From contig CAVQMM010000001.1 of NCBI GenBank assembly GCA_963713615.1, positions 1,763,964-1,827,963 of the forward strand: 64,000 bases of DNA. The letters are read 5' to 3'. The translations under genes were made by a program, and so were the position numbers. This document shows positions 55,279 through 64,000 of this stretch, piece after piece. The notes beneath the pieces were generated by a model. The model had not been told where the DNA came from. It ran no database searches and was given only the letters and a program-made list of their open reading frames with translations. The first letter of the stretch is position 1, and each line of letters opens with the position of its first letter. Source of the stretch: an uncultured Chlamydiae bacterium. GTDB taxonomy: Bacteria; Chlamydiota; Chlamydiia; Chlamydiales; JAJFMA01.

Positions 55279-55527
55279 CTAGATCTTGACTTTGTTATAG
55301 ATCCAAGCCAGTAAGAAAAATCCTATGAAGCCATCGACAAAACCATAGACTAGGCCAAGAACACTACCTAACAGTGTGACATGGAATCCTGGGTAAATGC
55401 CCTCCATGATCCCCATCCACTGTACAGCATATCCGGTATACAATGAAAACAAGGTCACTATGAACATAAATAACCCCCACAGGATTCCTCCCGCAAGGCC
55501 CAAGCGTTTTGCATCTAACATACACAC
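55279..55527 (-). CDS. Small integral membrane protein (82 aa, 3 predicted TM helices)
   Basis: Gly/aromatic-rich hydrophobic segments (GGILWGLFMFIVTLF, GSVLGLVYGFVDGFIGFFLLAWIY). Confidence 0.5.
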   Translation of the reverse strand: MCMLDAKRLGLAGGILWGLFMFIVTLFSLYTGYAVQWMGIMEGIYPGFHVTLLGSVLGLVYGFVDGFIGFFLLAWIYNKVKI

Positions 55528-55745
55528 CTCCTCAGGAATGCGGGCAAGGCGACTATATCTATTCCTTACCCTATTCTTATTTTGCGCCTAAATAATTATT
55601 TTTACAATATGGCTAAAAACAAGACATTTGACAAGAATCCGGCTATTTCTTGTGAAAATCCTAACATTGTACAGTTTTCTTTATTTATTCTTAACAATTG
55701 TCTAGTAGCGTAACCGCGCAATCATTAACCATAAGGAGGGTTGTA

Positions 55746-56186
55746 ATGACTGTACAAACGATAGGGAAGGAATTATATTTAATGGGAATCCTTCCATGTG
55801 GGACTACGCTCCGAGAATGCTCACATGAGCTATTCGTTTCCACATTAGAATGGACTGGACTGGCTGGAGTGGCGATCATTAGCGCGACGATAGGCGCACA
55901 AATTTTGGTCACACGAGCCGAAAACCGCAGCTGGGCAAGGGATATTCGTGAACAACAGCAGGCTATCTCAAACCGCTTTCAGACGACTAGTGCAATGCTT
56001 CTTCTAGGTGGAGTTCTTGCTACTGCCCTTGCCATCTTCAAGCTAACGGCTGCTGCTTTGCTTAGTATCACGGCAAGTACAATCATTGGCGGAATCTGGT
56101 TGGGAGTAGGCACTGCGGTAGTGCTTAACTACATCGTACACAAACGCGCCTTTGCGGATGATGGTAGAAAGGCACAGCTCGTCTAA
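55746..56186 (+). CDS. Hypothetical membrane protein with paired adjacent TM helices (Inc-like bilobed hydrophobic segment)
   Basis: The ATG at 55746 is preceded by an aaggaggg SD, and the track start at 55698 is a TTG extension. The segment LLLGGVLATALAIFKLTAAALLSITASTIIGGIWLGVGTAVVL forms two helices joined by a short turn. Confidence 0.55.
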   Translation: MTVQTIGKELYLMGILPCGTTLRECSHELFVSTLEWTGLAGVAIISATIGAQILVTRAENRSWARDIREQQQAISNRFQTTSAMLLLGGVLATALAIFKLTAAALLSITASTIIGGIWLGVGTAVVLNYIVHKRAFADDGRKAQLV

Positions 56187-56248
56187 AAAGAGTAGAAAAT
56201 GATTCGCCTGGCCCAGGAATGGGCCAGGCGATGACACGCATCGACCTA

Positions 56249-56506
56249 AACCCTCACAAGCGTTACTCGGCGCGAAGCGCTTTGGAGTGCGTGTCGCTCG
56301 CGACCGCTTTGGATTTGGGCGAGCCTCTTGAATCGCGCACCGTTCTACGGAGGCTTACCCCCCCCCCCCCCCCCCCCCCCCCCACACACAGTTACCCCTA
56401 GAGCGAAAGGTTACGTTTCTTGCAATGCCAACTTCGCCCAAATCCAAAGCGGTCGCGAGCGACGCGCACTCCAAAGTGCTGCGCGCCAAGCAACTATTGT
56501 GAAGAC
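56249..56506. repeat. MITE-like palindromic element family A, copy 3 (carries a C26 tract)
   Basis: Same terminal inverted repeats and core as copy 2. It lies ~90 nt upstream of the 56597 gene. Confidence 0.88.
56358..56383. repeat. Homopolymeric C26 tract followed by (AC)3
   Basis: Counted directly from the sequence. The homologous position has C5 in copy 2 and G9 (opposite orientation) in copy 1. Confidence 0.9.
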
Positions 56507-56596
56507 CTAGGTCGACTGCGCCACAAAGGAACTATTCCCCTTCAAACACCTTTGCGATATAATACACGGCAACCTTAATCATTGCCTTGTGAAACG

Positions 56597-58081
56597 ATGC
56601 GAATACCTCAAACAACCTTGAATATACCCACAACACTGCTGTCCAGTCTCAACCCTTTGTCATGGCCCGGCACAGTACGCCAAATGCACCATCGCATAAC
56701 CGACCATTGGAATGGCCATCCTGTGCCTGTGACCACTGCCATCTCGACGGCACAAGCGCTTGCAAACGTAAAGCTCTTTCTGAAAAATCCATTTTGCTCC
56801 GATGTGATGAACTTGAACGTCAATGCCAAAGGGACCATCCTTAGAAACTCTCCTACTCTTCTTGAGAAATGGCACCCCGAAACTATACGAGGACGCAAAT
56901 GTAGACTTCAAGGAGCTTTGCTGGCTTCACTAGAACGACTTGAAAAGAGTGTAACTCCCACTACAGAGCAACACATCCTGATCGAAAAAGTGCAGAGATT
57001 TCTGAAGTTTTCAAAACATAAGTGCTGGTTCAAACACGATATTTCAAAAAATGTCAAAAGCTATGGATCATTCAATCGTCAATGTACGGTAGAGCGCCAT
57101 CGATCGCCCAAGGATTCGCTACAACCGGTCCAAAGCAAGGGACGTTATTTCAACTATAAGGGCGAAAGCCACCTTAAACACACGCTAGAAACTATTGCAC
57201 TGCTTTTCACCGGGATGTTTAGAGCCCCTTATAACAAATCTCCAAGTGAACTTGTAGACATGGCACCTCCAGCCTATCGCCAAGATGGGGTAACAGTTCA
57301 ATGGATTGGCCATTCTACCTTCTTGGTGCAAGCAGAGGGCATGAACATCTTGGTCGATCCCAACTTCGAAAAGTCCTTTATTCCGCCCGTTTTTAAGCGT
57401 TATACGCCGCCAGGAATCTCTCTGAATAATCTTCCCCCTATTGACGTCATCTTAATTTCTCATAATCACGGTGACCATTGTGATGTAAAAGCTATTAAAC
57501 ACCTTGCAAGATACAATCCACTCATTCTCGCACCGCAAGGGACACACAAATGGCTGCGAAACATGGGCATCAGCAATATCAAAGGCAACAAATGGTGGGA
57601 TGAGACAGTCATAAAAAACCCTAAAGACCCCTCTAAAGAAATACGTCTGACATTTGGTCCAGCCCAACATTGGACGCAAACAACACTCGGCAACAGTCAT
57701 AAGCACTATTGGGGTTCCTGGTTCATCCAGGCAGTGGGAAAAACACTGTACTATTCCGGAGATACTGGCCTCAAACCACAACCGGGTCAAGAGAACTACT
57801 GGCAAAGTATTCGTCAGAAATTCCCAAAAATTCACTACGCCCTACTCCCCATAGCACCTGAAGGAGAACCTTACGAACACCTAACGCATGATGATGCCCT
57901 TGATCTTATGCAAGAGCTCAAGATCGAAGAGGCCACTCCCATCCATTGGGGAGCCATCCGAACGGGTGCTGAACAGCTCCATGAACCGATTGAGAAATTT
58001 GAATATGCCGTCGCACGACGTCGACAACTTCCTGGAAGAATAAGCATCTTAAAGGTCGGTCAGCGTCACCGCGTGGCCTGA
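56597..58081 (+). CDS. MBL-fold metallo-hydrolase (NAPE-PLD-like) with a ~230-aa N-terminal extension of unknown function
   Basis: HxHxDH motif (ISHNHGDHCD) and a beta-lactamase-fold pattern in the C-terminal ~260 aa. The ATG at 56597 is preferred over the TTG at 56582. Confidence 0.7.
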   Translation: MRIPQTTLNIPTTLLSSLNPLSWPGTVRQMHHRITDHWNGHPVPVTTAISTAQALANVKLFLKNPFCSDVMNLNVNAKGTILRNSPTLLEKWHPETIRGRKCRLQGALLASLERLEKSVTPTTEQHILIEKVQRFLKFSKHKCWFKHDISKNVKSYGSFNRQCTVERHRSPKDSLQPVQSKGRYFNYKGESHLKHTLETIALLFTGMFRAPYNKSPSELVDMAPPAYRQDGVTVQWIGHSTFLVQAEGMNILVDPNFEKSFIPPVFKRYTPPGISLNNLPPIDVILISHNHGDHCDVKAIKHLARYNPLILAPQGTHKWLRNMGISNIKGNKWWDETVIKNPKDPSKEIRLTFGPAQHWTQTTLGNSHKHYWGSWFIQAVGKTLYYSGDTGLKPQPGQENYWQSIRQKFPKIHYALLPIAPEGEPYEHLTHDDALDLMQELKIEEATPIHWGAIRTGAEQLHEPIEKFEYAVARRRQLPGRISILKVGQRHRVA

Positions 58082-59607
58082 CTTATACCACACTCGGTGT
58101 GGTCTTGAGGCAATGGAGCGAACTGAAAAGGTGCCAGATCAGCGTCGCTAAAGGTGGGTTTGTCAAACTCCACCATTTTTTGATAGAAGTGTGCACTATT
58201 TTCCAGAAAAAAATCTGTGGTTATCCCCTCGGCCAACCGCGCGGCTGAAGTACTCATCCCTTTAATATCCCCTGTCATCATCCCGTGACTCAGCGCAGCG
58301 CCAAAGTTAAAACAGTAGATGTGCTTCAAAAAGGGAGCTGTGCCTGCATGCTTCTCCAAAAACTGAAAGTGTGGACCGAGGTAAGGTGCGCTAGCTAATT
58401 TAGGACATGTCTCGCAAGTGTCTGGAGTAATACGGTCTTCCCACAGCAAAATCTTATCCAAAAAACTGCGCAGCTCAGGTCTTTGGGAACCATCAAAATC
58501 AAATCCACAGGCCAAAATCATGTAGTCGGCAGCCAGGACACCCTGACTGGTGCTCATTTCGATACCGCGATCAGTCTGTTGGACCGAGAGAATGCTGCAG
58601 TCGGAGTGAATATAGAAATTGGACTGTTTTTGTACTCGTAAAAGAGAATCTCGCGGAGGGGGGATACCGTTGGCAAGGGCACAGGACATAAACTCCCAAC
58701 GCTGCTGATCACTCATGGAATAATATCCCAAAACAAAACCAGGACCAGATAACACGGCAAATTTGTTGGTAGGGTTAAATGTCGGACGCCGCACGACCAT
58801 GTGTACAGAGGCAGCACCATTTTCCAAGGCCACTGCTGCGGAATCAAAGCCAGAGGCTCCAGCGCCGACGACCACAACGCGCTTGCCCGATAGTGAGGCG
58901 AAGTCTATCTGCTCTGCAGAGTGTGCATAACAGCGTTTGGGAAGGCCCTGAACCCATTCAGGAATCTGCAAACCACCAAAACCTGTGCGTCCTGTGGCCA
59001 ATACAACCTTCCGTGCCCAAACAATTTCCTGCTGATCACCTTTGCGGAAAGTTAAGCGTAGAATATCGTTAGTGGGCTCTATGGATTCGAGTTTAACACC
59101 ATTTACCACTGGTAACTTGAGCACATGGCGATACCAGCACAAATACTCCATCCATGTGGGTGTTGCCGCCGAAGACAAATTCTCCCAAGACTCAGCGCTA
59201 TAATGAGCTTCATACCATGCCCGAAAGGTAAGACTGGGCACCCAAAAAGCAGGCCCGATGTGATACTTTCCCGAACGCAGAACTTTCATACGAGCAAAAG
59301 TTGCCCAAGGTCCTTCGCAGCCTTCCGGATTAGAATCAAACATCTTAACATGTTGAATTCCCTGCTTCTGCAAAGCAAAGGTGGCTGTCATCCCAGCCAT
59401 CCCACCACCAACAATAGCGACATCAAGAGTCTCCGCGGGATAATCACTGGGAATAGCAGGTAACCATGGTTGACCTGGAAAACTAATGGTTTGGAGTTCC
59501 CAACTAACACGCTCCTGCAGGGTATCCAAATCGGCCCTTAATAAGGCATGAAAACCCCACAACGCACAGAAAATAGACATGCTGAGCAAGCGGACAAATG
59601 ACGTCAT
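58066..59607 (-). CDS. FAD/NAD(P)-binding oxidoreductase (flavin monooxygenase-like) with a signal/anchor-like N-terminus
   Basis: Two dinucleotide-binding motifs (VAIVGGGMAGM and VVVVGAGASGFD). The ATG at 59607 (MTSFVRLLSMSIFCALWG) is preferred over the GTG at 59619. Confidence 0.75.
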   Translation of the reverse strand: MTSFVRLLSMSIFCALWGFHALLRADLDTLQERVSWELQTISFPGQPWLPAIPSDYPAETLDVAIVGGGMAGMTATFALQKQGIQHVKMFDSNPEGCEGPWATFARMKVLRSGKYHIGPAFWVPSLTFRAWYEAHYSAESWENLSSAATPTWMEYLCWYRHVLKLPVVNGVKLESIEPTNDILRLTFRKGDQQEIVWARKVVLATGRTGFGGLQIPEWVQGLPKRCYAHSAEQIDFASLSGKRVVVVGAGASGFDSAAVALENGAASVHMVVRRPTFNPTNKFAVLSGPGFVLGYYSMSDQQRWEFMSCALANGIPPPRDSLLRVQKQSNFYIHSDCSILSVQQTDRGIEMSTSQGVLAADYMILACGFDFDGSQRPELRSFLDKILLWEDRITPDTCETCPKLASAPYLGPHFQFLEKHAGTAPFLKHIYCFNFGAALSHGMMTGDIKGMSTSAARLAEGITTDFFLENSAHFYQKMVEFDKPTFSDADLAPFQFAPLPQDHTECGISQATR

Positions 59608-59773
59608 GACCCCTCTCACACAATAATATTTTTTTTGCCCGTATAATGAAGCAGCATCTCGCTGAAGTCAAGATGTCGATGCGCCGATGTCAGACAGAAA
59701 AAATTCAGGTCCTTCACAAAAATGAACGCCTATGCTATAAAATCGCGTTACAAACTTTGGGTTAGTAGGAAAG

Positions 59774-60475
59774 ATGATGAATGTTTCAATCTGTCAAATT
59801 CTCGAGCAAATAGATTCCCAGATTGCTGCCAAGCACCTTTTGACACACCCCTTCTACCATGCATGGTCTAAGGGAGAGTTGTCTAAGGAATGTCTGGCAG
59901 ATTACGCCGCGCAATATTATCACCACGTAAAAGCATTCCCTACTTACCTATCCGCCCTGCACTCCCACACCGACGATAGCCAAACACGTCGCCACATACT
60001 TCAAAACCTAGTGGATGAAGAAGCGGGACACCCTAATCATCCTGAGATGTGGAGACATTTCGCTCTTAGCTTAGGTCAAGCTGACGAAGAACTTGACCGA
60101 CAAGAGCCCCGAGCTGCCATTCAGGAAATGATTGCATCATTCAGTAACCTCTGTCGTGATGGTTCTGTTGCTGAAGGTATTGCTGCCCTGTATGCCTATG
60201 AAAGCCAAATTCCTAGCATCAGCGAATCTAAAATAGAAGGTCTGCTCCAGCATTACGGTATGAATAATCCCAAAGACTGGTACTATTTTAGTGTGCACAT
60301 CGAAGCGGACAAAGAGCATGCCGCAGTAGAGCGAGAACTTCTTGCTAAGCATGTTACCAGGGACAATGCTCAGGCTGTTAAAAATGCTGTAGAGCAAATA
60401 TTAGATGGCCTGTGGGCATTCTTAGACAGCCTTTGTGAGAAGTACCAGATCTCCTGCACAATGCCAACTGCTTAG
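59774..60475 (+). CDS. CADD-family protein (CT610-like haem-oxygenase-like di-iron oxidase; p-aminobenzoate synthase in Chlamydia)
   Basis: Strong colinear resemblance to my recollection of C. trachomatis CT610, including HPFYHAWSKGELSKE, YYHHVKAFPTYLSALHS, NLVDEEAG.PNH and AALYAYESQIP. Confidence 0.85.
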   Translation: MMNVSICQILEQIDSQIAAKHLLTHPFYHAWSKGELSKECLADYAAQYYHHVKAFPTYLSALHSHTDDSQTRRHILQNLVDEEAGHPNHPEMWRHFALSLGQADEELDRQEPRAAIQEMIASFSNLCRDGSVAEGIAALYAYESQIPSISESKIEGLLQHYGMNNPKDWYYFSVHIEADKEHAAVERELLAKHVTRDNAQAVKNAVEQILDGLWAFLDSLCEKYQISCTMPTA

Positions 60476-60484
60476 TTAAAGCGT

Positions 60485-61957
60485 ATGTTACGCGAAGAGA
60501 TCCTACAAACCGAAACCATCATCTGCATCATCTGTTCTGCCATTCTGGTGCTAGCAGGCTTGCGTTGGCTCATCAAACGCGCAGAAAAACATGCTGCATA
60601 CAAACGCGAACTCGAAGAACGTATTCTAGAAGAATGTGAACGAAGGGCTATCGCCGAGGAAAAATGTCGACGTTTGGCTGAGCTTGATGGGGAGCTTAAG
60701 GAGCGTGACCAAAAAGTTGCTACCCTGCAACACGACAATGCTCAGCTGGCTCAACGAGTGGTGCAGTGCGAGACACAGCTCTTTGAAGAACGCAAAAATG
60801 CACAAGAGCGCCTTGAACTTGTTAAGTCGGAACAAATTAAGTTGGCTGATGCCTTCAAAGTCCTATCTGCGGACGCCCTATCTCGTAATAACCAGAGTTT
60901 TCTTGAGTTGGCCAAAGCCACTCTTGAGAAATACCAAGAAGGTGCCAAAGGGGATTTGTCCCACCGTCAAGTGGCCATTGATAATCTTGTAAAGCCCATT
61001 AAAGAGTCTCTTGATAAGGTAGACCAAAAAATCGGCGAATTGGAAAAAGCTCGTGCTGCCGCCTATGGTGGACTCTCCGAGCAGGTCCAAGGGCTAGCAA
61101 AAACCCAAATACAACTGCAAACAGAAACAGCCAATTTAGTTAAAGCCCTTCGCCAACCTACCGTCCGGGGTCGTTGGGGAGAGACGCAACTACGTCGCGT
61201 AGTAGAACTCGCTGGTATGGTCGAGCAGTGTGATTTTACATGTCAAACGTCGATGTCAACCGACGATGGAATGCGCCGTCCCGACCTCATCGTAAAATTG
61301 CCAAATGAACATCATATCGTTGTAGATGCCAAAACCCCGCTACAAGCATACCTAGACGCCTTAGAAGCTCCCGATGAGGTAACAAGAACTGCTCGCCTGA
61401 TAGACCATGCCAGACAAGTCCGTACACATATCACTCAGCTTGCTGCCAAAAGCTATTGGGACCAATTTAGTCCCACGCCGGAGTTTGTCGTATTGTTTAT
61501 CCCTGGAGAAACCTTCTTCGCAGCCGCTCTAGAACAGGACCCCACTCTGATTGAATATGGTGCAGAGCAGCGCGTGATGGTGGCCACACCAACGACATTA
61601 ATAGCATTATTGCGTGCTGTGGCTTCGGGATGGCGTCAGGAAGCCATTACCAAGAACATGCTTAAAATTAGTGAACTCGGAAAACAGCTCTACGACCGTC
61701 TGCGAACGCTTGCGGACCATTTCGAGGATATGCGTAGAGGGCTTGAACGCGCCGTAGAAGGATATAACAAAGCCGTTGGTTCGATGGAAACACGCGTGCT
61801 GGTGTCTGCGCGGAAGTTTCGCGAATTAGGTACCATCGCTCAGGGGGAAATTGTCGAGTTATCCCCGATCGATTCAAGCCCAAGAGCCCTTGCCATGCCT
61901 ATAGAAGAAACAGAGGCAAGCCCAGAGCTAGTCTCCACAGCACAAGCCATCGAGTAA
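60485..61957 (+). CDS. rmuC: DNA recombination protein RmuC
   Basis: N-terminal TM helix, a long coiled coil, and the conserved C-terminal RmuC domain ([10 protein letters not shown]...[17 protein letters not shown]). Confidence 0.85.
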   Translation: MLREEILQTETIICIICSAILVLAGLRWLIKRAEKHAAYKRELEERILEECERRAIAEEKCRRLAELDGELKERDQKVATLQHDNAQLAQRVVQCETQLFEERKNAQERLELVKSEQIKLADAFKVLSADALSRNNQSFLELAKATLEKYQEGAKGDLSHRQVAIDNLVKPIKESLDKVDQKIGELEKARAAAYGGLSEQVQGLAKTQIQLQTETANLVKALRQPTVRGRWGETQLRRVVELAGMVEQCDFTCQTSMSTDDGMRRPDLIVKLPNEHHIVVDAKTPLQAYLDALEAPDEVTRTARLIDHARQVRTHITQLAAKSYWDQFSPTPEFVVLFIPGETFFAAALEQDPTLIEYGAEQRVMVATPTTLIALLRAVASGWRQEAITKNMLKISELGKQLYDRLRTLADHFEDMRRGLERAVEGYNKAVGSMETRVLVSARKFRELGTIAQGEIVELSPIDSSPRALAMPIEETEASPELVSTAQAIE

Positions 61958-61980
61958 CAAAGCTCGATGGATAGGCCATA

Positions 61981-62053
61981 ACTACCATCCTATCCTCCTA
62001 AATCCTCCTAGATCCGTGTGCATCCGTGTTACTCCTAAAAATGACACAAACCA
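61981..62053. repeat. Palindromic element family C, solo arm
   Basis: ctaccatcctatcctcctaaatcctcctagatccgtgtgcatccgtgttactcctaaaaatgacacaaacc matches 10202-10275. Confidence 0.85.
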
Positions 62054-62099
62054 TTCTATCTTAGTCTCTTTGTGGAAAAATCCCTAAATCCGCTCTTCA

Positions 62100-63653
62100 T
62101 CAAAACGGCAAATCGCGTGTGGCTGTAGAAGTCTCAAGAGAACGAAAACTCATGGCTTCCATCAAGTGTGTCTGCTCCATCTTGGGAGCCCCTTCTAAAT
62201 CCGCAATCGTTAATGCCACTCTCAGAAGCCTGTCACATGCACGTGCTGATATCCCAAGAACATCCACAGCATGCTGAAGAGCCATATGGCATCCTGTATC
62301 TAGTGGACAATATTGCTTGATCTCGCGAGAGGTCATCTGGCTATTCGTCTTCGTCTTACCGAAACGCTGATGCTGCCGACGTCGAGCCAGTCGAACTCTC
62401 TCTCGCACCACCGAAGAGGTTTCAGCCGCTGCGGCCTGCCCATGGAGGTCGCGGTAGCGTTGTGCTGGAACCTCTATGTGCATATCCAGGCGATCACGCA
62501 AGGGGCCTGAGATTCTACTGCGATAGCGATCTGTCTGAATCTGAGTATCGCGGCAAGGCTTATCAGGATGTCCAAGGTAGCCACATGGGCAGGGGTTCAT
62601 AGCTGCCAAACAGATGAAGCTAGTAGGAAACGTAATATTCCCATTGGCACGGCTAATGGTCACATGCCTGTCTTCAAGGGGCTGTCGCAAAACCTCTAGC
62701 ACCGTGCGGGGAAATTCCGGCAGCTCGTCGAGGAAAAGTACGCCATTATGTGCCAAGGCGACTTCGCCAGGGCGAGGAACATGCCCCCCACCGATAAGAC
62801 CTGCATAGCTGACAGTATGATGTGGAGAACGAAATGGACGCTGAGTGACAATATTATGTCCATCTAACAATACCCCAGCAATGGAATGTATCTTAGTGGT
62901 TTCTAAAGCTTCTTCTAGGGTCAGATCTGGCAGAATACCGCTGAAGGCTTTGGCTATCATCGTCTTTCCAGAACCTGGTGGACCACTCATCAGGACATTA
63001 TGTGCACCAGCAGCAGCTACTTCCATCGCTCTTTTAACATGTGCTTGACCACGCACATCACCAAAGTCCACCAATGGTGTGGTATTTTGGAAGATGCTTG
63101 AGGTAAGAGTCATTTCCAATGGTCGGATTGTTTCAGGGTTATTGATCAGCCCAACAGCTTTCTTAAGGTTATCTACAGCGATGACTGCGATACCGGGCAC
63201 AGCTGCGGCTTCGCGAGCGTTGGCTGCAGGGAGAATGATTCCCTTCTTGCCCATCTGACGCGCCAAAACCGCCATGGATAATGCTCCATTGATGCGTCTA
63301 ATCTCCCCACCCAATCCCAACTCACCAACGATCAGATAGTCATTTTCAATCAAGGGACCTTTGAGCATTTCCAAGGCACGCAGTAACCCAAGAGCTATGG
63401 GTAGGTCGTAGAGAGCTCCTTCCTTTCTCAAGTTTCCAGGTGCAAGATTGACGGTAAATCTAATGGTGCCTAAAAAAAATCCTGAATTTCGAATAGCCGT
63501 AACTGTGCGATCTCTTGCTTCTCGAACAGCCGCGTCGGGAAGACCAACGATCACATAACAAGACTCCTCGGCAGCGGACGCATCAACCTCGACCTCAACG
63601 GCAACAGCGTCCAATCCAAGTAGTGCAGCAGAGTGTAACCGTGCCAAGCCCAT
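62100..63653 (-). CDS. comM: Mg-chelatase-like AAA+ protein YifB/ComM
   Basis: N-terminal Lon-protease-like domain. Walker A (GPPGSGKT) and Walker B (VLFLDELPEF). C-terminal ChlI-associated domain. 517 aa. Confidence 0.88.
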   Translation of the reverse strand: MGLARLHSAALLGLDAVAVEVEVDASAAEESCYVIVGLPDAAVREARDRTVTAIRNSGFFLGTIRFTVNLAPGNLRKEGALYDLPIALGLLRALEMLKGPLIENDYLIVGELGLGGEIRRINGALSMAVLARQMGKKGIILPAANAREAAAVPGIAVIAVDNLKKAVGLINNPETIRPLEMTLTSSIFQNTTPLVDFGDVRGQAHVKRAMEVAAAGAHNVLMSGPPGSGKTMIAKAFSGILPDLTLEEALETTKIHSIAGVLLDGHNIVTQRPFRSPHHTVSYAGLIGGGHVPRPGEVALAHNGVLFLDELPEFPRTVLEVLRQPLEDRHVTISRANGNITFPTSFICLAAMNPCPCGYLGHPDKPCRDTQIQTDRYRSRISGPLRDRLDMHIEVPAQRYRDLHGQAAAAETSSVVRERVRLARRRQHQRFGKTKTNSQMTSREIKQYCPLDTGCHMALQHAVDVLGISARACDRLLRVALTIADLEGAPKMEQTHLMEAMSFRSLETSTATRDLPF

Positions 63654-63745
63654 AACGTCCTACATGTAAAAAATTTGAATGACATCTTAGGAGAGGTGGG
63701 GATTTGCTACAATAGGACATTTGGAAAAATGCGTGCGAAAGATCG

Positions 63746-64000
63746 CTAGGTTAGCAAAGCTCTAGTAAAATGTGTTTCTTCGACATCTAGCTCTCGCTCT
63801 AGCATACCTAGCAACCGATCATCAAGTTCTCCACGTTCCCATATCTGCAATAAACAGGTTCGTTGGGCCTGAAGCACTTTTTGTCGCGCAAGCTCTAACT
63901 GATGCGGATTGGATTCAAGAGGGGGTTGCGCCATTTCCCAAATGCGATGACGTGCATTGATATACATCGACAAGAAGATGCGGTCCTCTTCACTAAGCTT
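63746..64000 (-). CDS. C-terminal cytoplasmic tail of a probable Na+/H+ antiporter (CPA1-type); 5' end lies outside the window
   Basis: The frame is open to the window edge. The tail pattern (...ARQKVLQAQR..LLQIWERGELDDRLLGMLERELDVEE) resembles NhaP-type C-termini. Weak, pattern-only call. Confidence 0.35.
   Translation of the reverse strand, partial: KLSEEDRIFLSMYINARHRIWEMAQPPLESNPHQLELARQKVLQAQRTCLLQIWERGELDDRLLGMLERELDVEETHFTRALLT

Noticed and set aside
1-64000. tRNA, rRNA, tmRNA, RNase P, transposase, integrase, phage or cas genes
   Set aside because: I scanned the intergenic regions and ORF translations and recognised no cloverleaf-like sequences or diagnostic protein motifs. The repeats found are non-autonomous.

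Overview
The window is a chromosomal segment that is most likely from an environmental member of the Chlamydiae. Three things support this: a clear CADD/CT610-type protein, tandem cysteine-rich MOMP-like porins, and many Cys-rich envelope proteins. GC content looks mid-to-upper 40s by eye, and I cannot assign a genus. The housekeeping content is as follows. thrA-thrB-thrC lies on the minus strand. A plus-strand cluster runs artJ-like ABC importer, argG, a divergent second argG-like gene, then argH. Also present are acnA, a ybhGFSR-like HlyD/ABC-2 exporter, two TolC/NodT-type outer-membrane factors, kdpFABC with an orphan degenerate kdpD, rmuC and comM/yifB. No tRNA, rRNA or CRISPR array was recognised. 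Two things stand out. (1) A roughly 8.4 kb accessory locus (22.7-31.1 kb) encodes six paralogous small secreted Thr/Ala-rich beta-type proteins. It also encodes two secreted paralogs of unknown function, a secreted two-domain chaperone-like protein, and a large Cys-rich protein. The large protein is split by an apparent frameshift, and its domain order (signal peptide, two CARDB/NEW3-like domains, putative barrel, two CarboxypepD_reg-like domains) mimics a fimbrial usher. I read this as a candidate undescribed surface-fibre assembly system. (2) Almost every long intergenic region carries one of at least four families of MITE-like long palindromic elements. One family carries a homopolymer tract of 9, 5 or 26 nt depending on the copy. 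One site shows nested insertions. One family has a conserved hairpin apex with divergent arms. All functional calls rest on motifs read by eye from the translations. No database search was run, and repeat coordinates are accurate to about +/-5 nt.
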